The notes beneath the pieces are model-generated. The model was not told the origin of the DNA, ran no database searches, and was given only the letters and a program-made list of their open reading frames with translations. The translations under genes and the position numbers were made by a program. Positions 12,762 to 23,543 of a DNA stretch of 64,000 bases are shown piece by piece (positions within the stretch are counted from its first letter, which is position 1; each line of letters starts with the position of its first letter). The stretch is from Octopus sinensis (taxonomy: Eukaryota): the NCBI RefSeq assembly GCF_006345805.1, contig NC_043006.1, positions 48,484,001-48,548,000 of the forward strand, written 5' to 3'.

Positions 12762-13060
12762 GGTCGTCGTCGTCGTCGTTGTGGTGGTAGCAGTGTTATC
12801 AGTGTGTTGGTGCCGGATGGTAAGTCTGCTTGTGATACTAGTAATGGTGACGATGACAGATGGCACGGTTGGCGGATATGGTGAGAGATTTGATGACGAT
12901 GGTGGTGGTGGTGGTGGTGGGTGGGGGGTGGTGGTGTGGTGGTGGTGGTGGTGGGTAGTGGTAGCGGTGGTGGTAATAGTTGTGATGGTGTCTCTGATTC
13001 AGTTAGTAGCGTTGGTGATAGTAGAGGTGATAGTTATAGAGGTTATATTGGTGACTGTCG
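12340..13060. repeat. Compound (GTT)/(GGT)/(GAT)/(GTC) triplet region
   Basis: Read directly; source of the 175-aa poly-T ORF. Confidence 0.92.
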
Positions 13061-13300
13061 GTAGTTAGAATTTGAATAAAAATCCAGCACAGGCGTGGCC
13101 TCCGGTACAACATGCACAAACACGCATGCACTCATATGCGTCTATTTTATCTCTTATCGATTACTTGTTTCAGTCATTAGACTGCGGCCATGTTGGGGTA
13201 GCTCCTTGATAGTGGAACAGCGCCTTATATATATATACATATATACACATACCCACACACACAGACATTTATATGTATATGTATATATATATATATAAAT

Positions 13301-13350
13301 GGTGACATCCTGTACCCATAAATGCATATATATATATATATATTTTATAT

Positions 13351-13431
<81 letters not shown>

Positions 13432-13453
13432 TTTATGGGTACAGGATGTCACC
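13301..13453. repeat. Perfect 27-bp inverted repeat enclosing an (AT)n tract
   Basis: GGTGACATCCTGTACCCATAAATGCAT (13301-13327) and its exact reverse complement at 13427-13453. Confidence 0.95.
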
Positions 13454-13760
13454 AACGATAAACAACATGAAGTACGAAAACAAATGAGTTCAATACGCAA
13501 GCAATGAGAGAAACAAATGGAAAACAGGACAAGTAACATAAAGAACGACCCTTCATCAGTTGTCGACTCTCTATCTACTTCTCATTTCGGACATTGAATG
13601 ACAATATGAGTCTTCGAAGACAGTTGCTCACATAAGTACCAAAATAAAATTTGGGATTTGGGTGGAGGGTCAAAGTTGGAAACAAAAACAGGACAGTGGA
13701 GACATACAAGAAACGAAAACGAACATGGAGGGTCGTTAGACCAGAACGAGGGTAATATAA
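13427..13760 (-). mobile_element. Penelope-like element 3'-end relic (family P2)
   Basis: On minus: GTCCGAAATGAG..AGTAGAT..CAACTGATGAAGGG..TTGTCCTG..CATCCTGTACCCATAAATGC then (AT)n. Collinear with the C repeats at 9953 and 10806. Confidence 0.6.
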
Positions 13761-13874
13761 TTATATATATATATATATAAGTAATTTAAAAAAACGATGG
13801 AAAAAACTACAACGCAATACTTTGCGTGTTACATGCAAAGTATTAAAAGTGGCACAGGGAAGGAAACAAAGGGT

Positions 13875-13909
13875 GTTTAACGTTTCGAGCAAAGCTCTTC
13901 TACAGAAAC
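13875..13909 (-). ncRNA. Minimal type-I hammerhead ribozyme motif, one core substitution (family P1)
   Basis: GTTT CTGTAGA A GAGC TTT GCTC GAAAC GTT AAAC. Perfect stem I (GTTT/AAAC), stem II (GAGC/GCTC), palindromic ACGT stem III and GUU triplet. Core A6->U versus CUGANGA. Confidence 0.7.
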
Positions 13910-13996
13910 AAGAGACAGAGGAAAGTCTAAGAGAAAAGGACGACGGATGAAAAGAATCGCCAACAATCCACGTGTAGTTACATTTTGAAATATGTG

Positions 13997-14028
<32 letters not shown>

Positions 14029-14360
14029 TGTATGTATGTATGTATGTATGTATATGTATATTTATATATATCCGATTTTCTGAGTACCATCCGATGTTCC
14101 CCGCATTATATTTCAAATTTCATACACTCTTTCTATCTCTCTCTTTCTTCCCCTCTCTCTTCTTTCTTTCTCTCTCTCTCTAGCTATCAGTCTCTCATAT
14201 ATATATGCATGCGTACGTCCATATATACATGCATACACACACACAACATACATCATACACACGCACACACACACACGCGCTCACACACACATACACACAC
14301 GCCCCTATATATATTATATATATATATATATTATATAGATAATATATATATTATATATAT

Positions 14361-14604
14361 AAAGGGTAAAGACCCCCTTCGGTCATGAATGACCATGGGA
14401 TTGCCCTAGAAAGTTACCCTCCTAGACACAAGTCCGGGCAAGGTTGTTTATGGAAGACCAGCAGTCGCCCATGTATACCAGCCTCCCCTCTCCACGCCAC
14501 CAGTGTTATCCAAGGGAAAGACAAAGGTCGATACAGCTTGGCACCAGTGACATCGCAACTCATTTCTGCAGCAGTGAACTGAGCAACGTGAAATAAAGTG
14601 CCTT
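14361..14604 (-). mobile_element. Headless V-SINE-like SINE with a distinct tail (..GGTCATTCATGACCGAAGGGGGTCTTTACCC)
   Basis: On minus it begins AAGGCACTTTATTTCACGTTGCTCAG (homologous to the 18791-19049 body); the head is replaced by (AT)n. Confidence 0.7.
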
Positions 14605-15406
14605 ATATATATATATATATATATATAGGATAAAAGTATAAATATATATATATATATATATATTATATAATATATATATATATATATATATGTCTGTTTT
14701 CGAATGAGTTTTTTGTTACAAATGCTATTTTGTAACAACAATAGCAACAAGCCAACACTATTTGTTTGCTCTTATGCTGTTACTTATAGTAATAAGCCGG
14801 TGGATTCCATGGTAGCGGATATAGTTTTAACGCTGTGCACACTGCCAGACTGTATGGTACTGCCCAGGTGTCGAAACTGTAATGATATCTGTGTGGGAAG
14901 CTGATGATGGGAATTCACAAACGTTACGCTCAATTTCTTATATGTTAGTCTAGTTATTCTGGGTTATCCTTCATTCTTTTAAAGTTGAAAATATTTGTGT
15001 ATTCATAATCTGTGGGGACCGCTTACTTTGGTATTGTTTGGTTTCCTTTAGATGTAACCGAATTAAACTTGGGCAATGCCTAAATACAGAAACGTTAGAG
15101 AAAATGTGGATCATTTACACATTGGTACAATACGCTGAAAAGACATGGTAACAATTACTACAGCAGTAGAAAAACAGGAGGTCTGAATTCTGAAATAATC
15201 TATGTTGAAAACCAAGTTCACACAGGTCACAGCATGTGCCACAGGTCACTACCCAAAGACATTCTAACAAGCAATGCGGAGGAGAAGTAAGCAGGTATCC
15301 GTCAAATATGTTTATAAATTAAAGACATCAAAGTATGAACTGGATGCGAGAAACAAGGGCTTGGTTGAGCTTATGCAAGCAGTGCAATGCATACATATAT
15401 GTCCGT

Positions 15407-15539
15407 GGGCTCACGGGCATATGGCGTAGTGGTTCAGAGTGCTTGCTACTAACACCAAGACTCCAAGTTTGATTCCAGGCAGTGACCTGAATAATAATAA
15501 TATTAATAATAATAATGATAATAATAATAATGATAATAA

Positions 15540-15610
<71 letters not shown>

Positions 15611-16165
15611 GATGCAGTACCAGGCAGTGGCTCTCATGGCTTCTGATCTTAACTGATTGGAAGTGTATCATGTACATTGTTTTGTCTTGGTATAAAAGAT
15701 GGGCTACAGCAAATATTCTGCTCAATACACAGATTGCTTGTCAGTTGTTTGACCTTAACCAGTTGAGCATGTCCCTTAGTGGCTGACGATATGTGCATCT
15801 CTGATCACGAGCAGAAGTAGTGGGGGAGCATCATAGCTGTGTGTTGAGAGGGATTCTTTTAGGGTTTGAATAATTCACCTCTGGAAACATGGGTGGTTCT
15901 TTCAACATCCTTAAACAACCCTTATTCAGGGACCTTTTGAGCGGGATGGGCTACTCAACCTGAAGAAAATTCTAACTGGGCCCCACCTGCAAGGTCATGT
16001 GCTGTTTATTTATCTTGATATGAGATCACCATGTCGCGCACATATGGTTGTGATGCATGTGCCTGGTGTACCTTTATCAGACGGGTAGTCATGATGGGTA
16101 TATTGGGCTTCGTATATTTTACCCCAGTGTCACTTTGATGGCATGCACTGCTCTCTCACTCAATA
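15407..16165 (+). mobile_element. Long (~750 bp) tRNA-headed SINE-like element with internal and terminal (AAT)n
   Basis: A-box TGGCGTAGTGG and B-box-like GTTTGATTCC, then (AAT)n, a ~550 bp non-coding body and an (AAT)n end. Confidence 0.65.
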
Positions 16166-16302
16166 ATAATTAATAATAATAATAATAATATATAATAATA
16201 ATAATAAGAATAATAATAATAATTAATAATAAAATAGTAGAAGAAGAAGAAGAAGAAGAGAAGAAGAAGAAGAAGAGAAGAAGAAGAAGAAGAAGAAGAA
16301 GA

Positions 16303-16476
16303 TTGAAAAATACGTTAGGAATGAGAACCCAGGTTTGAAATTTCCCCCAAGGCACCTGATGAAGGCTGGAGGGTATATCAGCCGAAACGTGTTAACAACA
16401 AAGATGAGGACAAATATCCGCCAAATATAAATAATGTAAATAATGTACATAATTCCTCATCTCTTATATATAGAAC
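16303..16476 (+). mobile_element. Penelope-like 3'-end relic with a hammerhead motif (family P3)
   Basis: GCAC CTGATGA A GGCTG GAGGGTATAT CAGCC GAAAC GTGT at 16352-16392. Intact core and 5-bp stem II; stem I arms GCAC/GTGT are present but the stem III/GUH segment is missing. Confidence 0.7.
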
Positions 16477-16482
16477 CGAATC

Positions 16483-16574
<92 letters not shown>
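16483..16574. repeat. (GATA)n, ~23 units
   Basis: Read directly. Confidence 0.97.
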
Positions 16575-16760
16575 GATAGTCCGTTTGTGTTCCCTCCAAG
16601 AGACTCACATGCGGAGTCTTTGTACAAATCTTCATCGTAAGACTAATCCTTTGGGTTTCGAAGCGAATCACTTTGTTTCCTCCTTTCGTAGATTACTCCG
16701 AGCTTTTAAGCAAATCTCTCGTTGCACACCACCAAGTAGGAAGGTGCAAATGTATATCTA

Positions 16761-17361
16761 TTGGGTTGTCCGGAAAGTTCGTGCCGATTTATAGTATTAT
16801 TTAAATTATTATAGTATTATTATAGTATTATTTAAATTTCGACTTATTTTAGAACATGGTTGAGTCCATAAAATAGAATTTGACTACACCTCCATTTCGA
16901 GCACAGCTTAAGCTATCTTTCCGTGGAAGAAGGTTTATGTTCCTATAACCTGTGTTAATTCTGTAACCCTTTAATATGGAAGATAAGAAAGTTCATTTTC
17001 GGCACTTGATGCTTTGGGAACCAGACAAAAATTGCCGCAGCTCGGCTGGGATGTGTTACCCCACCCTCCATATTCACCAGATATTGCTCCTTCGGATTTC
17101 CACTTATTCAGGTCTCTCTGCAGAAGAGTCTTAATGGTAAAAATTTTAATTCCTTGGATGACGTAAAAAGATACCTTGATGAATTCTTTGCCATGAAACT
17201 ACCTCAATTCTAGGAAGAGGGTATTTTCAAGGTAAAGGAAAGATGGAGACGCATTGTGCAACAAAATGGTTCATATTTGGTTGATTAAAAATTTAATGGC
17301 AAGTATTTATTGACCTTTTTCTTTCCTTTAAAAATCGGCAAGAACTTTCCGGACAACCCAG
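16761..17361 (+). mobile_element. Internally deleted, non-autonomous mariner transposon (601 bp)
   Basis: 30-bp TIRs TTGGGTTGTCCGGAAAGTTCGTGCCGATTT / AAATCGGCAAGAACTTTCCGGACAACCCAG (28/30). TA on both sides (16759-60, 17362-63). Transposase remnants inside. Confidence 0.95.
16976..17288 (+). pseudogene. mariner transposase remnant (N-terminal 15 aa fused out of frame to the C-terminal ~90 aa)
   Basis: MEDKKVHFRHLMLWE | TRQKLPQLGWDVLPHPPYSPDIAPSDFHLFRSL /frameshift/ QKSLNGKNFNSLDDVKRYLDEFFAMKLPQF*EEGIFKVKERWRRIVQQNGSYLVD*. YSPDIAPSD at 17071-17097 is the mariner third-Asp motif. Confidence 0.92.
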
Positions 17362-17737
17362 TATATACCGGATACTTCTGCACATTTGTTCCTCTATGCA
17401 TATAAACGGGAAGTAGTTTGTTAAAGATGGTGGTTTGTAGGTAGATCGGTAGGTAGCTAATTAGGTAGGTAAGTATGATGGCAGGTAAGTAGGTACGTAG
17501 AGACTACGTGGGTACGCACGTACGTACGTACAAACGTATGTAAATATTATGTGGGTATGTTATCTTTCTTTTTTATTTGTTTAGATGTTCCTTATAAAGG
17601 GGAATCTGGTTTCCAGAAAGGAAACGAAGATCTGTTGCTGGAATTTGAATAACAACGGTGTAACGTTGCGTTTGGAACTTTAGAGAAGTCTTCCATACTT
17701 ATACTGTTCCATTAGTCTTTGCATTCACAAATTCCAT

Positions 17738-17921
17738 TCGTGTGTGTGTGTGTGTGTGCGTGTGTGTGTGTGTGCGTGCGTGTGTGTGTGTGTGCGCGCG
17801 TGTGTGTGCGTGTGTGTGTGTGTGTGTGCATGTGTGTGTGTATGTGTGTGGTGTGTGCGCGTGCGTGCGTGTGTGTGTGTGTTGTGTGTGTGTGTGTGTG
17901 TGTGTCTGTGTGTGTGTGTGT
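17738..17921. repeat. (GT)n/(GC)-interrupted microsatellite
   Basis: Read directly. Confidence 0.95.
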
Positions 17922-17956
17922 TAGTTAATGTCTGTGTTAATGTTTATATGTATCTA

Positions 17957-18165
17957 TATGAAGGTGCTGGAAATTTCCTGGCTTCGGGTGTAAGAAAATA
18001 CCGGAGGATCAATTAATTATGATTTTATCGAACATATTCCCCTCTCAGAGTCACATATTTATTGCAGCAGCCCTTCAGTCTGTAAAAAGAATTCGGAAGG
18101 TTGAGCCACCAACCAAGCCTTTTGCGATACCCTTAAAACCAGCAACTCTTCAGTATCCTGTCGTA
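17957..18165. mobile_element. Decayed mariner-derived MITE (~210 bp)
   Basis: TA-bounded imperfect TIRs: TATGAAGGTGCTGGAAATTTCCTGGC vs AAAACCAGCAACTCTTCAGTATCCTGTCGTA. Confidence 0.65.
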
Positions 18166-18790
18166 TGTGTAGATATGAAACTCCAATAAAGTTATATATT
18201 CATCATCCCAATATGAATGAGAGAGAGAGAGAGAGAGAGAGAGAAAGAAAGAGAGAGAGCATTTGTAGTTCTGGTTATTTGAAAGCAAAATGGAACCCCC
18301 ATGTTCGCTCTAAAATAAATCCTTTTAATAACATCAGAACAAATCTAAAAATATATACTGTTGTAAATTAAAGTAATTCATGTATTATTCCGTAATGTTC
18401 TGGGTATTTTTTCTCAAAAGCTCGCTGCTAAATCTATTCCACTATATGATGAGTTTTGCATATTGACTGACATGTAAATAGTTTGGCCATGAGAGAACAT
18501 TTGTTATCATTACTCCCCCGAAGTTAATGAGGTCCGACAAGGTTGAAATCCCGCGGTTTGGTTCGTAGATCCATATGTTCTTAACACAGATACTGGGTGG
18601 CTCTCGCATATGTAATAAAGACGGTTAAGAAAGAAAAAAAAACTTCAATCAACTCGGATTATCGAAAGAATAAGTAGACAAAAACTATGCCCAGTGAGAA
18701 TAAAATCTGAAATAATAAAAGTAAGGGAGATAACAGCAATACGCTAGTTAATCAATAATTATATATATGTGTAAGTGTGTGTATATATAT

Positions 18791-19049
18791 ATAAATAATA
18801 AATGTGCCCTTTAAAAGCCTAGCCAAGCTCATGGGCCCGGTTTCCCAGTTTCTATGGTGTATGTGTTCCCCAGCTGGACGGGACGCCAGTCCATCGCAGC
18901 GTTACTCATTTTTGCCCGCTGAGTGGACTGGAGCAACGTGAAATGAAGTATTTGCTCAAGAACACAACGCGTCACTCGGTCCAGGAATCGAAACCACAAT
19001 CTTACGATCATGGTGCTGACGCCCTAACCAATAAGCCACGTGCCTCCAC
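18791..19049 (-). mobile_element. V-SINE-like tRNA-SINE, full length
   Basis: tRNA head (GTGGAGGCACGTGGCTTATTGGTTAGG..GGTTTCGATTCC), body GTTCTTGAGCAA..TTTCACGTTGCTCCAGTCCACTCAG..CTGCGATGGACTGGCGTCCCGTCCAG, AT-rich tail. Confidence 0.85.
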
Positions 19050-19812
19050 ACACACACACATACACACACACAAACATATATATATATGTATATAATATAT
19101 ATATATATTGAGGCAATGTGCATGTTTAAACCGTCACAACTGTGTCAATGAATGAAGTAGAGAGTGCTCAAAACATATAAAAGAGATAATTAGGTTTATT
19201 TAAAAGTTTAAAGAAAATCCCTTCTTGTGAATCGAGTTCCACGCCACATACACTCAAAGACACCCACACACATACACACACACCTAAATACATACATGCA
19301 TACACCTACACACATAGTCATACATTGTACACGCACAACCAACCTACATGACTGTCTGCGCGTGCGTCTGTGGACCAGTTTTCCGGACCATATGTTTAAT
19401 ATATCATCGCTATATAAATTTCATGAATTTGAACATGCATCCTTGTATAAACATAATCACGTGTTCACTTCTCATGGACCCAGAAATATATGTTATAAAT
19501 AGTTACATGCATTCATGCTTATATATGTGTATATGTATGTGCCTGTGTGATGTGTATATATGTGTATCTATATGCTTTGTGTGAGCGCATGTGTGTGTGT
19601 TTGTGTGCGTGTATGTTTATTCACTTATCTGACTCAACTAGTGAATTTAATCAGACATGCATTTAATAAGACTATTTCCTATACACGTATTTCTGTTAGG
19701 TAGTGGATAAAAGCAAAGTATATATGCATGTATGTACGTATGTAAAGATGGATGGATGGATGGTTACAGATGTATATGAATAGGAAATAGTCATTAAAAC
19801 ATGTACGTGCCC

Positions 19813-19849
<37 letters not shown>

Positions 19850-20744
19850 ATATTAATATATATATATATATATATATATAGACATATATAGTATATAATT
19901 ACATTTCTATATATGCATACATGCATTGTATATTATACACATGCGCACACATACATACACACATATATGTATACGTACACATGATACATGGAGGTAACAT
20001 GAATAGCAAAAAGTCATTAACACATATACGTGCCCATTGGATATATATATATATATATAATATATATACATATATATATATATATAGATATGTACATTTA
20101 TATATTTAATTTATATTTATATTTATAAATTTTATATATATAGTAGGTATGTATATATATTATATATATATATGTTTTATATATATAGACACGTGTATAT
20201 AGATGTAAATGAGTATTTATATACACGTGTATATATATATACATACATATGTAAGTATACATATATATATTATATTATATATATATATATATACATTCAT
20301 ATGTAAACTTATATATACTTATATATACATATAGATAGATATATATGTACATATATATATACATTTCTATAAATGCATACATGTATTGTATATTATACAC
20401 ATAAGCACACATATACACACACACATATATATACATACATGGAGGTATATATGCTATCATAGTGACAAGTGTGGGCACATACATCTCATCGTACATGTGT
20501 ATATGAATGTGTGTATGCGCGTGCGTGTGTTGTGTGTGTGCGCGTGGATGTGTGTATATTTCCTTCAACCGAAATTGAAGGAAGCATAACAAGATTTGTG
20601 CATTGAATTATTTCTTTAACTTGTATTTCTCACCAATTTACAGAAAAACACACATACATACACGCACGTATAATATATACAGGCAAAAACAAATATATAT
20701 ATACTTGCATATACGTGTGTGTGCGTGTGTGTGTGTGTGCGCGC

Positions 20745-20801
<57 letters not shown>

Positions 20802-20993
20802 GTGTAAAAGATGACAGGCAATCCATTATGGCATCAAAGTAGTTATAAATACGTTATACAAATATGTACACGAATACAATTAAACAGAAATCTGGAATGT
20901 AGCCTATAATTGTCGTTCATAAGTTGGTTAATATCCAAAGACTACATCAGCGAAAATCAGAGAAAAGAGAGAAGAAATTTTCAAATAGTTCTT

Positions 20994-21106
20994 TACAGCT
21001 GTTTCGGAGATGCTATTACGGAATATAATACAGCAATGTACATTGTGCGTACGTTTATATAGACAATATAAGCTATAATTTTGATGTCACCTGCCCCCAT
21101 CTTCAG
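20994..21106 (-). ncRNA. Degenerate Penelope-type hammerhead motif with a long stem II loop
   Basis: CTGAAGA T GGGGG..(~85 nt)..TCTCC GAAAC AGCT GTA. ACAGCTGT is an 8-bp palindromic stem III with a GUA triplet; stem I is poor. Confidence 0.45.
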
Positions 21107-21641
21107 ATATGCCATCATTGTTGCGCTAAGGGTCTATAGACTAAAGACTAGGTGTCTGTCGGTGACTTTAAGCCAGTCAGTCCCAATCCTAAGACGTAAG
21201 TCCGTTACGCTAAATAAAGCAGAGAAAGGAGATAGCATACGAATCGGTTAGAGGCCGCAGTGTGTCTGTGATAGGGCCTAAGCCAATTTGGCCAATTCCA
21301 AGATGCTAAGGCTATTGCAACTATGACAGGAAATAAAAACAGTAAAAGTAGACAAAACGCCTATCAATCAGAAGCTGATGAATGTCTGTGAGTCACTTTA
21401 AGCCAATCAGTCGAGCAGCTCTCTTTTGGATGCGTTGAATATTGCTTATGTGTGAGCATGCTGCTTTCAATTTTTGATAGCATTGCTTTCTGATGTAAGA
21501 CTAACGCTCCACTGTGTTCCTCGCCTAAGTATTCCATAATATCAATAATTACAGACGTTGAAATATTTTCAAGCCCTAAAGAGAAAGCCAAGTCAGTGGG
21601 AAGTAGTCCGAGATGTATTAGCAATATATAGCGTCGTTAGG

Positions 21642-22075
21642 GCGGCGTGCTGGCAGAATTGATAGCGCGCCGGGCGAAATGCTTAGTGGTACTTCGTCTG
21701 CCGTTGCGTTCTGAGTTCAAATTCCACCGAGGTCGACTTTGCCTTTCATCCTTTCGGGGTCGATTAAATCAGTACCAGTTATGCACTGGGGTCGATGTAA
21801 TTAATCCCTTCGTATGTCCTTGTTTGTCCCCTTTATGTTTAGCCACCCTGTAGGCAACAAAGAAATAAATATATGACGTTGTTAAAGCAGCGAGCTGACA
21901 GGTTCGTTATATCATCTGTACGTTCTATATTCAAATTCCGCTGAGGTCGACTTTGCCTTTCATCCTTTCGGGGATGGATTAAATAAGTACCAGTTACGCA
22001 CTGGGGTCGAAGTAATCGTCTTACCCTCTTCCTCGAAATTGCTGGCCTGTGCTAAAATTTGAAAACAACATTTTA
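21642..22075 (+). mobile_element. Two adjacent family B SINEs (tail-1 copy 21642-21870; tail-2 copy ~21886-22075)
   Basis: Head, core and tail motifs as in the other copies. Confidence 0.85.
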
Positions 22076-22149
22076 GCATCGTTGAAGCAGTGAACTGGTA
22101 GAATCGTTAGCACACCGGGTGAACTGCTTAGCGGCATTTAAATGTATTA

Positions 22150-22603
22150 TTTTACTTGCTCCAGTCATTTGACTGCGACCATGCTGGAGCACCGCCTTTA
22201 ATCGAGGAAATTGAACCCAGGACTTATTCTTTGTAAGCCTAGTACTTATTCTATCGGTCTCTTTTACCGAACCGCTAAGTTACGGGGACTCAGACACACC
22301 GGCATCGGTTGTCAAGCGATGCTGAGTGGTGGGGGACAAACACAGACACGCAAACAAACACAGACACGCAAACAAACACAGACACGCAAACAAACACAGA
22401 CACGCAAACAAACGCACACATCTATATATACATATATACCACGGGCTTCTTTCAGTTTCCGTCTACCAAATCCACTCACAAGGCTTTGGTTGTTCCGAGG
22501 CTATAGTAGAAGACACTTGTCCAAGGTGCCACGCAGTGGGACTGAACCCGGAACCACGTGGTTGGTAGGCAAGCTACTTACCACACAGCCACTCCTGCGC
22601 CTA
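22150..22603 (-). mobile_element. CORE-type SINE family A with an internal 18-bp x4 tandem repeat
   Basis: Full head, CORE and tail; (ACACAGACACGCAAACAA)4 at ~22338-22412. Confidence 0.93.
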
Positions 22604-23093
22604 AAATAGTACCAGTTGAGTACTGGGGTTGATGTAATTGAATTACCCCTTTTCCCAAAATTACTGGCCTTGTACCAACATTTGTAACCAGTACATAGCA
22701 TCGTTCCATCGTTATGCTTTTTAAAGTTAATGCCACTTGAAATACAGCAGCTCACGGGAATACTATCCCCATCAAGACTTCATACGCTTATAAGCCCTCA
22801 TACAGCCCGTACTAAAAAAGCGCTTTCAAGTTTATCTGGTGTATGTGTGTATACACTATATACACCTTGATTAAGCTCTGGAGACTACATTATCAGTGGG
22901 TTAAATTGACTGATACATTATTTCCTTGAGTCCGCGACGATGAAAAGCTAACGCGATCTCGGCGGGATTTGAAATCAGAATGCAAGTGTATGAAACAGAA
23001 TACCTCGAAGTATTTTCTGTGACGTTCAAATGGAACTGATAATCCACAACCTATCCAATGCATCAATGCATACAAAGACGTACACAAATACAC

Positions 23094-23153
<60 letters not shown>

Positions 23154-23166
23154 ACACACACATTTT

Positions 23167-23543
23167 TAGAAGCTTGCTTCCCAACCACATGGCTCTGGGT
23201 TCAGTCCTACTGCGTGGCACCTTGGGCAAGTGTCTTCTACTTATAGTCTCGCGCCGACCAAAGCCTTGCAAGTGGATATGATAGGCGGAAACTGAAAGAA
23301 GCCCGTCGTACATATGTGTATGTATTCGTTATTTGTGTCTGTGTTTGTCCCCCCACCATCGCTTCACAACCGATGTTTGTGTGCTTACGTCCCCGACATT
23401 TAACGGTTCGGAAAAAAGAGAGCCGATGGAATGCATACTAGCCTTACAAAGAATAAGTCCTGGGATCGATCTGTTCGACTAAAGGCGGTGCTCCAGCATG
23501 GTCGCAGTAAAATGATTGAAACAAATAAAAGAATAAAAGAATA
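23167..23543 (+). mobile_element. CORE-type SINE family A with 5' end lost to an (AC)n tract
   Basis: AGCTTGCTTCCCAACCACATGG..CACCTTGGGCAAGTGTC..GGCGGTGCTCCAGCATGG..GATTGAAACAAATAAAAGAAT. Confidence 0.9.

Noticed and set aside
12148-13068. 175-aa mucin-like Thr-rich ORF and overlapping ORFs
   Set aside because: Triplet-repeat mosaic; no signal peptide or splice context.
21364-21624. Possible Penelope GIY-YIG C-terminus
   Set aside because: Spacing between the ENIS/IID and ES motifs does not fit; no GIY or YIG motif seen.
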